In this document: positions 31,694 through 44,150 of the stretch, one piece after another | How positions within the stretch are numbered: the stretch's first letter is position 1 | How the letters are laid out: every line of letters starts with the position of its first letter | From: Paraphysomonas bandaiensis | Taxonomy: Eukaryota; Protista; Chrysophyceae | Length of the DNA stretch: 64,000 nt | Reading direction: 5' to 3' | NCBI GenBank assembly: GCA_965644295.1 | Contig: CBFFRP010000132.1 | Location: 1 to 64,000, forward strand | The notes under the pieces: generated by a model | Told to the model about the DNA's origin: nothing | The model's input: only the letters and a program-made list of their open reading frames with translations | Database searches by the model: none | Position numbers and translations under genes: made by a program

Positions 31694-32710
31694 TGTGACC
31701 ACGTGGCATTTCCTATGCCCTATCTACGTGGCTATAGTACCAGAACTACATGCATTGCCCATTCAGGACCCTATAATATTAGTTCAGGACCATACATCAA
31801 GAACATTATATCATTAGGACCCTATACCATGTCTAGGATGCATATTCTATGTTATACTCATTAAGATGGGTTAATGAGCTATGATGTACCTACACACTGA
31901 ATCAACGTTCAGGTGTGATGTCCACTTTATCTACTGATGATGATGTACACTATGATCTGCTGATGGTGACTTCACGCAATGTGAAACCTGCCACAAATTT
32001 ATAATAAAGTTATGTGGGTCAGTATTCCAGTGTAGCAGTTGCAGTGTATACTTCCATAGGAATACGTACTGGCATTACCCATACTACCCTATAGGGGGGC
32101 AAGTACATATCACATCAAGGGTGAATGAATATTATATACTCGAGGTGCACGAGTGTTCATACCAGACTCAGTGGGGAATCAATTGTGACATGCAATACGT
32201 GGTATGCAGGGTTGTATTTACGTATAACCTGGATATTAGGGGTTTTGGGTTCTTGAATGCTAAAATACACCAAAGTGGCGGTATACTGTTTTTGTATGGG
32301 TATTTAGGTAGAAAGTAAAACGTAGGATGTAGTGTACTATTAGTATGCGGTTATACGTTGCTCCTAGGTTGCTGTGTGTATTCAGTTTATAGAACAAACA
32401 CGTTTCTGTGGGTGGTGATGACGTTGCAGGGTGTTGTGATGTTGTTGAGGAGTAGGAGTGGGTGTAACATGTATGCTATGATGTTATGCACTTGTTTAGG
32501 CTTAACCGAAGTGCTTGGTGCCAACGATCTTGTTGCACTGGCGGTGTTCCTTGCGTGGTGATACTTGGCGGGTATCATTTACTGAGCATTAGGTTTTTCC
32601 TAGAGCAGTCAAAACATAATTAATTATACATTGTTTTCACACTTGCGTGTTTGTGTGCTATACCTGTACTGCGAGCCGTGATTCTGGTTATCAAACCGGG
32701 TTACGTCATA
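31694..32710 (+). repeat. Gypsy 3' LTR (1017 bp, ends GTCATA)
   Basis: Differs from the 5' LTR by 4 substitutions and 2 small insertions as counted by eye. Confidence 0.95.
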
Positions 32711-33139
32711 GAAGTAGTGATTTATGCATGGCACAAAACGAGCTTGTGTTGTTTAACACAATTTGTGTAAACGATATTAATAAATCTATCTAGTCTAACA
32801 ACTTAATCTCTCTTTGATCTAAGTAAAATGAGCATTTCCCAACAGTAATGGCATTATAATTGTCGGGGCATTATTTTCATTAAGGCCATTATAATTGCCA
32901 GGAAGTAAGTGGTCTACCATTAATGAGCCATTAATGGCTACCAGGCCTTGGATTGATTAATCATAAGATACTCTTCATAATTTCATAACTCCTCTATTAT
33001 TATAATATCCAGCAATTCTGATAATAACCTGCTACGTCAAGTTATGACACAATTGGATGATTTACTAAGTTAACTGGATGTGTATTCACTCATTAATCAA
33101 GTTAAGATAAGAGAAGATTATAATAAATATAATAAACAA

Positions 33140-33640
33140 TATATCACGTTATCTCTACTACCACTCATTTCTAGTACGGTCCTATATCGTCACTATCTTC
33201 TTGTATGGTCAATATATATTCAGTTCTCATTACTTCTCATAATACAGTAAACCTCTACTGTATTCTCCAGTAACCGTCATCCGTCATAATTCCAATATCT
33301 TAGAATTACAGCTTTTAATTGCTTAAACAGCAAAATTCAGCACTCCCTCTCTATTCAAAGCTGTACATTGAATTGTCAAACCACGAGACATAACTGATGG
33401 GTAGAATTACAGCTTTTTATTGCTCCAACGACAAAACTCAACAATGCATATATATCAATCGCCCCCTAATTTAAATTGCGTCCGTTTCGAGTAGCGAGTA
33501 GTACACAGGTGTGGTTAACCGTATTATGAGAATTAATATCATGACGACAAGTATATAGTAGTAGTGAAACGGAATAATATAGTGACCATGCAAGTCAGTG
33601 ACGACGTGAGATCATACGAGAAATGAGTGGTAGTAGAGAT
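33140..33640. repeat. Degenerate inverted repeat (about 90-bp arms)
   Basis: ATCTCTACTACCACTCATTTCT near 33151 versus AGAAATGAGTGGTAGTAGAGAT near 33619. Confidence 0.6.
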
Positions 33641-34793
33641 TGGAGATAAAATGAAATTGATGAATGATTAGAGATATTAAATTTATTATAGTTTCTAATA
33701 TATAGCACATTACTAATGCGCTCTCTCATCTGAGAATGTTGTGACCGGAAAACGTCGACGTAGTAGTGGGGTATCGTACAAAGAATAGCTTTATATTATG
33801 CTTGACGGAATAGCTTGAACTGTATAATATATGTGTGTAGTCGGTGACTTTTATTGCTGTAAGACTGAAGTAATATGGAAGAAATTAGTAAAAAATATTA
33901 TAAATAATACTTTTCACACTGTTATTAACTTCATAGTTACTTTAGGGTTACCACCCGTTGTTGCTGAACTTCGGACTAGCAGAACTTCTCGTGATCTTTT
34001 AGTGAGAAAAAATAATGATGATCCCACTTGCTTATGATCCTCCACCTACTACTAATAATGTGCCCCCAACGGCTGTTGCCGCGTCGTCTCCGAGCATATA
34101 GAGGTACTGTATGCAGTAGTGGTGAAGATAGCTATATATGCGTATATGCAATGTATCCAAAATCAGGGTATTAGGTTTTGGAGCGTTGAAAGTTCAAGAG
34201 AGAGGCAAATGCAGCTTTATGAGAATACGATATTTTACAAAACACAAGTAGCAGGGCCAACTTGTAAAGCAATAAATACTGCTAATTACAACTATATTTG
34301 CAACTTTATCTTTATCTTTCACCTCTCCGCAGATACAAATTATACAGTACGTATAATAATAACTAACTCAGTACTTAGATATTAAACCTGGTGAAATCGA
34401 ATTACCAGGTTTTGGTATTACCTCTCTACTAGACTTTATTGATACCAATATTTCTATAATATAAGGGAGCAATTTCTTGAGCCTGCACTTCTATATATGT
34501 TAACTTCTGCTTTTTATATATAGGAAAGTCTGATTATTACATGAGAACTGTTGTGTACAGAAACTAGTTGCTTTTTATATATATTATAATAATATTATAG
34601 ATACATGTGATTATTTGATTAATAATAACACTTTGATTTTTTATTTATGATACTCAAGAAAACTCTTATTTTCTCTCACAAATAAAAAGCAACAACCTAC
34701 AAATAGCTATCCTAACCAAAAGATAATGTATGACGTGTATTGGTTGTGTGATGGGTATGTTGTAGTGGGTGTGATAGTGACCGCTCAGGTAGA

Positions 34794-35256
34794 TGTCGTC
34801 GTAGAAAACATAAGAATTATGTGGAATCGAATTCTAGCGACGAGGATGACTTAAATTCTAGCAATGAGGAGGAGCAGGAAGTCACAGAGAGCGAGCTGGA
34901 AAAATGTATCAGTGAAAGTTCCGATGAATTCAGCAGTTCTGATGGTGAGGATGAAATACAGTTCAAAGTAGGTGAGAAAGTGAGAAATATTCATGGGCTC
35001 AATGGTATAGTTACTGCAGTGAATGGAAAGTTATATGATGTTACCTATATTGATGGTCGTACTGATAGACTTAAAGTCATTGTATTTAAGACCACAAGTA
35101 GTTAGAAACAAAGTAGGTTCGAATAGGACAATGACTGCTGGCAGCTACACTTATGTTGCTCATGATGATCAATGGGTTGACCGTGGTAGTATAAGGGCAG
35201 ATAACGTGGTTGCTGGTAAGCGAAAACGTGCTTCTGTTACATCCTATAGGACTTAA
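34794..35256 (+). pseudogene. Decayed small gene: acidic stretch + SH3/Tudor-like segment + basic tail
   Basis: FKVGEKVRNIHGLNGIVTAVNGKLYDVTYIDG continues after an apparent frameshift into ...VAGKRKRAS; no clean start. Confidence 0.3.
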
Positions 35257-35581
35257 AATGTTAATAAAATTAATATTTTTTGTTGTCTCTAACCCTAACA
35301 CTACAAATAGAATAGCTTTTTAAACATTTCTGTTTATATACTGTAAATACTCCTAAATTTCCCAAAATATCGTAGAATTCCCACGTTTGCATAATGTTTA
35401 CTTAACTTAACAAGTGATAATGAGAATTACCCCTTGTTCATATCATTATTTATTTGATATTTGAGCACGGGAGGACATTGCCCCTATATAACGCGTGGTT
35501 AAATATAACTATACTCATATCGCCACAAATTGATCATAAGCACACACACAGGAAAAGCTCGGAGTAATGCACCCTACTTAG

Positions 35582-36199
35582 CAGGCTTGCGTAACAATTA
35601 ATTGGTTTTCAAAGTGATAAGTTCAATATTTATTATCGGTAAAAGTTGCCAATTTATTATATATAGAAACTTACGATGTCCGCGCTTTTGCAGTATTCAC
35701 CAAGTGACTTTCCAGAACTTTTGTAAGCGGCGACGTGCGCATCCCAATATATATGTCATCGACTTTCTCGACTGCCGCTGGATTATCCCCCTGCCCTTTT
35801 CCCTCGAGGGCATGAGCGCCTGGCGCTCTGCCTTTCCCAACTTCAATTGGGCCGATGCCAGGTAGGAAGAGCTGCGAATCAGATCTGCAAACTCTGCTGA
35901 GACTTTCGCACTAAAGTTAGCGGGGATATGGTCGAGAATCCTAGCCCAATCCCCTCCAGCTAGTTCTTGCAGCTCGTCGTGGATCCACTGCGAGTAAGCC
36001 TGGTCGGCGCTAGCCCGTTTGATTGCACCTATTTTGCTAACACCTAGAAATGTTGATGTTTTTTTGGGATGAGATTATAGGTCATAGAGTCATTCTAAAA
36101 TCAATCAATAGAACTAAATGCAAGTAATTGGATGCTTGATTAATAATTCCAATTACTATTGTTGGACACCGGTCACCAATTAACTGTTACGCAAGCCCG
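35582..36199. mobile_element. hAT-like non-autonomous element with an exon-like interior
   Basis: TIR CAGGCTTGCGTAACAATTAATTGGT / ACCAATTAACTGTTACGCAAGCCCG; CTACTTAG at 35574-35581 and 36203-36210. Confidence 0.7.
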
Positions 36200-36426
36200 C
36201 TACTACTTAGTGCGCGGACCAAGTGGAGTTACATCTATTCGAAGTAGACAAAAGCGATAATATATAGAAATATCACAACTATTCGTTCGTTATTACAAAC
36301 TCAATAAAGCACATGGAAACACTTAAGCCTCAACAAAGTGCTTGTTTCACCCGAAAATAACATATGGAAGCACTTAAGCCTCAACAATATGTTTAAAATC
36401 AATAATTTATTGGCAACAAATATAGC

Positions 36427-36886
36427 TTAGAAGCACTTACGGTGGACAATAGAAGGTCCAGACTCGTCATACTCAGCCTTGGAGATCCACATTTGCTGGA
36501 AAGTAGAAAGAGAGGCGAGAATGGATCCACCAATCCAGACACTGTACTTGCGCTCTGGGGGAGCGACAACCTTGATCTTCATGGTAGAAGGAGCAAGGGC
36601 AGTGAGCTCCTTTGTCATACGCTCGGCAATGCCAGGATACATAGTAGTACCGCCAGACATGACGACATTGGCGTATAGATCCCTGCGGATATCGACATCG
36701 CACTTCATGACAGTCTGGAAGGTGCAGTCGTGAACACCACTGGCCTCCTTGCCAATAAGCGAGGGCTGGAAGAGAACCTCCGGGCATCTGAATCTCTCGT
36801 TACCAATGACAATGACATTGCCATCAGGGAGCTCGTAAGACTTCTCGAGAGCAGATGACTCGGCAGCGGTCTTCATCTCCTGGTCG
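36427..36886 (-). pseudogene. ACT: 5'-truncated actin fragment (C-terminal ~150 codons) made by the tandem duplication
   Basis: Matches 38215-38674; breaks within FDQEMK. Confidence 0.93.
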
Positions 36887-37369
36887 GCTTTTTAAACATT
36901 TCTGTTTATATACTGTAAATACTCCTAAATTTCCCAAAATATCGTAGAATTCCCACGTTTGCATAATGTTTACTTAACTTAACAAGTGATAACGTGGTTG
37001 CTGGTAAGCGAAAACGTGCTTCTGTTACATCCTATAGGACTTAAAATGTTAATAAAATTAATATTTTTTGTTGTCTCTAACCCTAACACTACAAATAGAA
37101 TAGCTTTTTAAACATTTCTGTTTATATACTGTAAATACTCCTAAATTTCCCAAAATATCGTAGAATTCCCACGTTTGCATAATGTTTACTTAACTTAACA
37201 AGTGATAATGAGAATTACCCCTTGTTCATATCATTATTTATTTGATATTTGAGCACGGGAGGACATTGCCCCTATATAACGCGTGGTTAAATATAACTAT
37301 ACTCATATCGCCACAAATTGATCATGAGCACACACACAGGAAAAGCTCGGAGTAATGCACCCTACTTAG

Positions 37370-37987
37370 CAGGCTTGCGTAACAATTAATTGGTTTTCAA
37401 AGTGATAAGTTCAATATTTATTATCGGTAAAAGTTGCCAATTTATTATATATAGAAACTTACGATGTCCGCGCTTTTGCAGTATTCACCAAGTGACTTTC
37501 CAGAACTTTTGTAAGCGGCGACGTGCGCATCCCAATATATATGTCATCGACTTTCTCGACTGCCGCTGGATTATCCCCCTGCCCTTTTCCCTCGAGGGCA
37601 TGAGCGCCTGGCGCTCTGCCTTTCCCAACTTCAATTGGGCCGATGCCAGGTAGGAAGAGCTGCGAATCAGATCTGCAAACTCTGCTGAGACTTTCGCACT
37701 AAAGTTAGCGGGGATATGGTCGAGAATCCTAGCCCAATCCCCTCCAGCTAGTTCTTGCAGCTCGTCGTGGATCCACTGCGAGTAAGCCTGGTCGGCGCTA
37801 GCCCGTTTGATTGCACCTATTTTGCTAACACCTAGAAATGTTGATGTTTTTTTGGGATGAGATTATAGGTCATAGAGTCATTCTAAAATCAATCAATAGA
37901 ACTAAATGCAAGTAATTGGATGCTTGATTAATAATTCCAATTACTATTGTTGGACACCGGTCACCAATTAACTGTTACGCAAGCCCG
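37370..37987. mobile_element. Second copy of the hAT-like element at 35582-36199
   Basis: Part of the 1788-offset duplication. Confidence 0.7.
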
Positions 37988-38214
37988 CTACTACTTAGTG
38001 CGCGGACCAAGTGGAGTTACATCTATTCGAAGTAGACAAAAGCGATAATATATAGAAATATCACAACTATTCGTTCGTTATTACAAACTCAATAAAGCAC
38101 ATGGAAACACTTAAGCCTCAACAAAGTGCTTGTTTCACCCGAAAATAACATATGGAAGCACTTAAGCCTCAACAATATGTTTAAAATCAATAATTTATTG
38201 GCAACAAATATAGC

Positions 38215-39345
38215 TTAGAAGCACTTACGGTGGACAATAGAAGGTCCAGACTCGTCATACTCAGCCTTGGAGATCCACATTTGCTGGAAAGTAGAAAGAG
38301 AGGCGAGAATGGATCCACCAATCCAGACACTGTACTTGCGCTCTGGGGGAGCGACAACCTTGATCTTCATGGTAGAAGGAGCAAGGGCAGTGAGCTCCTT
38401 TGTCATACGCTCGGCAATGCCAGGATACATAGTAGTACCGCCAGACATGACGACATTGGCGTATAGATCCCTGCGGATATCGACATCGCACTTCATGACA
38501 GTCTGGAAGGTGCAGTCGTGAACACCACTGGCCTCCTTGCCAATAAGCGAGGGCTGGAAGAGAACCTCCGGGCATCTGAATCTCTCGTTACCAATGACAA
38601 TGACATTGCCATCAGGGAGCTCGTAAGACTTCTCGAGAGCAGATGACTCGGCAGCGGTCTTCATCTCCTGGTCGAAGTCGAGGGCGACGTAGGTGAGCTT
38701 TTCCTTGATGTCGCGGACAATCTCTCTCTCGGCAGTGGTGGTGAAAGAGTATCCACGCTCTGTGAGAATCTTCATCAAGTAGTCAGTGAGGTCACGGCCA
38801 GCAAGATCGAGACGGACAATAGCGTGGGGCAAGGCATAGCCCTCGTAAATGGGGACGGTGTGGGATACACCATCACCAGAGTCAAGGACACACCCGGTAG
38901 TACGGCCAGAGGCATACAGGGAGAGAACAGCCTGGATGTTAACATACATGGCGGGTACGTTGAATGTCTCGAACATGATCTGAGTCATGCGCTCTCTGTT
39001 AGCCTTGGGGTTAAGAGGAGCCTCGGTGAGAAGAACGGGGTGTTCCTCAGGAGCGACTCTGAGCTCGTTGTAGAAGGTGTGGTGCCAGATCTTCTCCATA
39101 TCGTCCCAATTAGTCACGATTCCGTGCTCAATAGGATACTTAAGGGTAAGAACACCTCTCTTGGACTGAGCCTCGTCTCCCACGTAGGCATCCTTCTGAT
39201 CCATGCCAACCATGATACCAGGGTGCTTGGGGCGTCCCACAATAGAAGGAAACACAGCACGAGGGGCATCGTCTCCAGCGAAACCAGCCTTACACATGCC
39301 GGACCCATTATCAACCACCAAAGCCTGTACGTCGTCGTCTGCCAT
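38215..39345 (-). CDS. ACT: Actin (376 aa), inverted paralogue
   Basis: Identical to 9870-11000 except TTMYPG versus TTMFPG. Confidence 0.99.
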
Positions 39346-39497
39346 TGTATTAAAGTAGGGATTCAGATACTTCTATATCGATGCCAAAAGTGATAATATC
39401 AAAATATTGTTCACAGTCCTAACAGGATTTGTGATCACAGTTGGTTGTCTTTTCAAGATACGGTATCTTTAGGAGGTACCATCTTCAGTTTATTTTT

Positions 39498-40076
39498 TAT
39501 GTATGTATGTATGTATGTATGTATGTATGTATGTATGTATGTATGTATGTATGTATGTATGTATGTATGTATGTATGTATGTATGTATGTATGTATGTAT
39601 GTATGTATGTATGTATGTATGTATGTATGTATGTATGTATGTATGTATGTATGTATGTATGTATGTATGTATGTATGTATGTATGTATGTATGTATGTAT
39701 GTATGTATGTATGTATGTATGTATGTATGTATGTATGTATGTATGTATGTATGTATGTATGTATGTATGTATGTATGTATGTATGTATGTATGTATGTAT
39801 GTATGCAGGTGGGTATGTATGTATGTATGTATGTATGTATGTATGTATGTATGTATGTATGTATGTATGTATGTATGTATGTATGTATGTATGTATGTAT
39901 GTATGTATGTATGTATGTATGTATGTATGTATGTATGTATGTATGTATGTATGTATGTATGTATGTATGTATGTATGTATGTATGTATGTATGTATGTAT
40001 GTATGTATGTATGTATGTATGTATGTATGTATGTATGTATGTATGTATGTATGTATGTATGTATGCAGGTGGGTAT
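39498..40076. repeat. (TATG)n microsatellite, about 570 bp, with GCAGGTGGG at 39805 and 40065
   Basis: Direct reading. Confidence 0.99.
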
Positions 40077-40203
40077 CTTTATAGTATATAGATATCTGAA
40101 ATAATAATGACACATGACTTCAGTAAATGGAGTGTATTCACTGTAGAAATTAGACATCACTCTATTTATTGATCGAGAGGCTTAATTCGTCATTCGATTC
40201 TCT

Positions 40204-42079
40204 ATGATAGTTTTAGTTTTCCTCGTTGCTCTGTTTTGTATTCAACTGACCTTCACCGTCAATGCTTCTGAACCTCCTCAAATTATAGTAGATCTGACAG
40301 TGTCTCCCTCTATTCAAACAACTATCGCAGCACAGGTACAACATACGTAACTATTAGTTATATTATATGTAATACCTGCGTCTACGCCAGACCTGTGCAG
40401 GGTTGCTCAATAGAGCGCGGTCGCCAACAAGTGTGTACACTCTAATGAACGAGCCCTATGATAGCCAGTGGTTGGAGGATATCCATAACATAACTGATCC
40501 CAAATTAAAGACGGTTGACGAATTGATCTCTATATGCTTTTCGACTACTTCTGTTGTGAAGGGATATATTCTGTATAACTATACAATACAACAAGCCTTG
40601 GTTCCTAACCTTATCACCCTCTCTGGTTTATTGGACGCCGTTTTGTTGGAGGACCATTTCGCAACTATGGATACTCCGCTTCTATATGATGCGAATGTGG
40701 AATGGGTAGGGTATACTGCGTTGGATGCTAGCCGGTACGTGTACGACAACTACGTTAATTTCACATCCACTTTGGCCTTCATGAACCCGGGATATGACAA
40801 CGCTGCTTACCCTCGCGACCCTCCTCTTACTGGAACTCTCCAGCCGGGCCTAATCGACTATATAACTAAAAATCGAATTTTCAACTTTTATTTAAATGAC
40901 GCATGCGTCAAAGGCACACCGGAGTATGAATTCATGCTGATGATGACAACGAATAATCCATGGCCAAGGCCTATTCCGGTATATGGGTATAATGATGCAT
41001 ATCCAATTGCGGGTGATATTTTTGAGGCAGAGACGGGTTGTACTGAGGCCCACAATATGGGTCAGATTGCATCTACTAATGTCAACAACTTGGCATTTTT
41101 CTCTCGACAGGAAACTACCACAACACCAATTCCTCAGAACCCAGTAGAGAAACAACAATTTAACAGCTCCAAGACTTACATAACGCTGGTTATAGGTAAG
41201 TTTATAACTTAGTAGCTAGTTATAACTTAAACTGAGATTATATATCTGACTTAGCGCTTGTATAAATGCTGTGAATGGACACGTGAAAGATATGGATCCA
41301 CTCCTCTTACACCTCTTCTATTTTGTATATTCAAAGGTGACGGAGATAACATCAGCTACCTCAAGACAAGTCGCAAATCGTGGATGCAGCAACGCATGTC
41401 GTACTGCTCTGCGGATCCGTCTTATCCTGGGTGTTTCCCTCTTGTTTGGAGTATTTCCCCACAAGCTGCTCACCTCGCACCAGATTGGTTAGAGTGGTAT
41501 TACAATGCTTCGTATGCTACTAGACATGATTTTTTTATGCTTCCTCCAAGTGGAGACTTGTACTCTTATCCATCCGAAATGCCGAGCGATGTACTGGAGT
41601 TTTATGTGTCCAATACGGAGCAGGATTGTACAGTTCTATCCACGAGTGCGACAGTAGAGTGGGAATGGTTCGGACATTGGAAAGTAGCTGTTGACTCCTA
41701 TTTCCCGCGGTATGCAGAGAATAATATTGTACGGGGCATATTTACAGTGAATGTTCCCTTTAATCTGCCAACCCCTACTATTTTCAATCCCGATGAGTAC
41801 TACCGTATTGTCTCTGAATCTGTCGTCGTATTTAAATCCCGTGAATGGAGAGGTACAGATAGTGGTGACACCCCTTTCAGTCATCATAATTTCTTAACTG
41901 TTGAACAAATGGCCTCAGAACTCAACCACCTTCCTTTGGGCACCGTAAGCTGGATATATATTACCAGTGATGGTGGGGGAAACCTGGACATGCTATACGA
42001 CCTCGTTCAGATTTTGGATGAGCATGTGATGATTGTAGACCATGAGACCCTAATCGATTTGGCTCTGCAAAGGGGATAA
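40204..42079 (+). CDS. Secreted GxGYxYP-family putative glycoside hydrolase; exons 40204-40335, 40391-41195, 41337-42079
   Basis: Signal peptide MIVLVFLVALFCIQLTFTVNA; introns of 55 and 141 bp give AAQ-TCAGLLNR and VIG-DGDN; PVYGYND, PLVWSISP, PPSGDLYSYPS resemble the GxGYxYP C-terminal domain. Confidence 0.7.
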
Positions 42080-42464
42080 AAACAATTCAGAAATTCTTGC
42101 ATGGGGTAGGCAGTTAAATGTGGTATAAATGCTATAATGATACCAACAGCCTACAGCCCCACTGAAACAATGTGTGTTATCAGCGCCATTGTTTTAAAGA
42201 ATATATCTTGCAACTATGCTTTGATACTATCGAAATTCACTTTATGCTGCCATCTTTGACCTAGTATGTTTACTACCGTCCGTGGTGATTAATAAACGCA
42301 AGAATTTTATGTCAAAGTAAACCTTGCTCTACTATAAATCTTAAACTTGCTTCATTGAACACAATGCACTTTTAAGAAAGAATTATAATGATTAATCAAA
42401 ACACTTCATAACATATTCATGTATTCATGCAACATGTTGTGAACATCTATTCTCAGCAGCTCAG

Positions 42465-43029
42465 CAGGGCTGCGTAGCAATGAATTGCAATTTAATTGCA
42501 ATTATTAGATATAGCACGGGCAATTATTGTCTAATTAAATTAGTTACTCATTACAAGCACGAATAGCATCTTCAACCGCACTTGGGCCTCTAATCGAAGA
42601 GGTGCCATATATTTGCGCAGATCATGTTGTTGGCCTCTTTCTACACAACTAGTAGTGGAGTAGTTAAATATGCTTCAAGCAGGTACTTAGTTGGTTTGGT
42701 AGTGCGTAGTCGCTTTTGTTATTGGTATGCTTGGTGTCTTCTCGTTAGTGAGTCGACACCATCATCTTCTAATTTCACTTTCTTGTTAGTTCTGTCCAAC
42801 AGAAAAAGTTTGAGCTGTGCTCTCTCAGTTTTCCAACTTCTAATTCTAATATATTATGTTATTATGCTATAATATAGTATAGTAAATAATTGTCAATTAA
42901 TTGCAATTTCATTGCGACCTTCCAGCGAGCAAAATTACAATTGCAATTATAACATAATAATATTATTTTCCTCACAACTTACTTTCAATTACAATTAATT
43001 ACAATTCAATTAATTGTTACGCAGCCCTG
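42465..43029. mobile_element. hAT-like non-autonomous element
   Basis: TIR CAGGGCTGCGTAGCAATGAATTG / CAATTAATTGTTACGCAGCCCTG; ATTCTCAG at 42449-42456 and 43030-43037; interior shared with 56933-57983. Confidence 0.75.
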
Positions 43030-44150
43030 ATTCTCAGAATCATCCGTTTATTATATAATTCGTTCACCAGCCACTTGTCACTCCTCTATATCGTACATAA
43101 TATTATAATATAGTCACACATCAGAAACTGAATTTACTTCCTCTGTACTATACTTACCCGTTACTTGATTTCACAGGTTGCACATTGTTAACTTACTTCA
43201 ATATTGCACCAAATATATATCACATTATACTGCAAAAAACTCAACACACAATGAAAATTTCAACTTTATTCTTGCATATATATTTTAGAGTTTAGAGTAA
43301 ACCTAATAATGAATCTCTGACAATAATTATTAAGGAATAACCAATTAAAATAAAGTCGATGTGATAGTTATAGAACTTAATACAGTGATTTTACCAGATT
43401 TCGTGAGTGGAAAGTAGATATATAATATTATGATATTATATTAAAACAAGTAAACATATCAGAGCTCTAAGCGTAATTATTATTATTAAATATTTTATTT
43501 AATTGCATGAGAATTAAATTTTTACACAAATAGAGGTAGAAATATTGTAGCAGTACAAGCGCCTTACCGGAAGACAACTACTTTCGCACTAGCCCGTATT
43601 GAACAAGTCGTTTGATCCTCCTACATAATTATTGGTAGTCGCATGTACTCATATATTACTTATATCATCGATCACCTTGTGACGATCACATCACCAGAAA
43701 TCTAGCATTGATGGCTTGATGACTGGTGTAAAAAGTTAATTCGTGGAAATTACTCGTTTTTGCTTATTTTTACAGAGTTTTATATAGTAGAGCGAAATTA
43801 ATGCATAGATGAATTTGTAACCAATAGAACTATGAGCCGGGGAATCGCGAGGCATTCTGAACTGTTAGGGTTGAAGTGTTTTGGCTTCGGTTGCTATTAA
43901 AATAAGTTGTTGGTTCATGTGGAAGGTTTCCCACTAAGGCATACCAAAAGGAGTTTTGTGATACGTAGTAGTAGTGCTGGATCTATTATAGATTTTCGTG
44001 GTGAGAGCAGAGGAGCATTATTGACCAGGGCTGCGTATCAATTAATTGAGTTTCAATTAATTGCAATTAGGGTTAGATTATTATTATTGAAAGTTGTAGC
44101 TGTGCTATATTAGCTCCGTATTGCCTATGAAACTTTATACTGTCTAAGCT

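Larger units (their letters stand above)
24331..32710 (+). mobile_element. Full-length Ty3/Gypsy-like LTR retrotransposon (chromovirus-like), 8.4 kb
   Basis: LTRs 24331-25342 and 31694-32710; TSD GAAG (24327-24330, 32711-32714); PPT GAGGGGGGGAGG 31679-31690; domain order PR-RT-RH-IN. Confidence 0.97.
19006..32844 (+). mobile_element. Full-length Ty1/Copia LTR retrotransposon, 3' LTR interrupted by a Gypsy
   Basis: 5' LTR 19006-19298; 3' LTR 24168-24330 + 32715-32844; TSD GTAAT (19001-19005, 32845-32849); PBS TGGTAGCGAGC at 19299; PPT GAGTGGGAG 24159-24167. Confidence 0.97.
18971..32950. mobile_element. About 136-bp hAT-like MITE (18971-19005 + 32850-32950) split by the Copia insertion
   Basis: Termini CAGGGCCTGG / CCAGGCCTTG; 8-bp flanks GATCGATT (18963-18970) and GATTGATT (32951-32958); CCATTAATGG-type subterminal motifs also at 11995-12552. 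Confidence 0.7.
35200..38674. repeat. Tandem duplication (35200-36886 and 36988-38674, offset 1788) with a templated junction insert
   Basis: ORFs recur at +1788; 36887-36992 is a copy of 35315-35420. Confidence 0.95.

Noticed and set aside
39441-40160. YVCM/HTYI repeat ORFs (also 45096-46022)
   Set aside because: Translations of the (TATG)n microsatellite, which has no stop codons.
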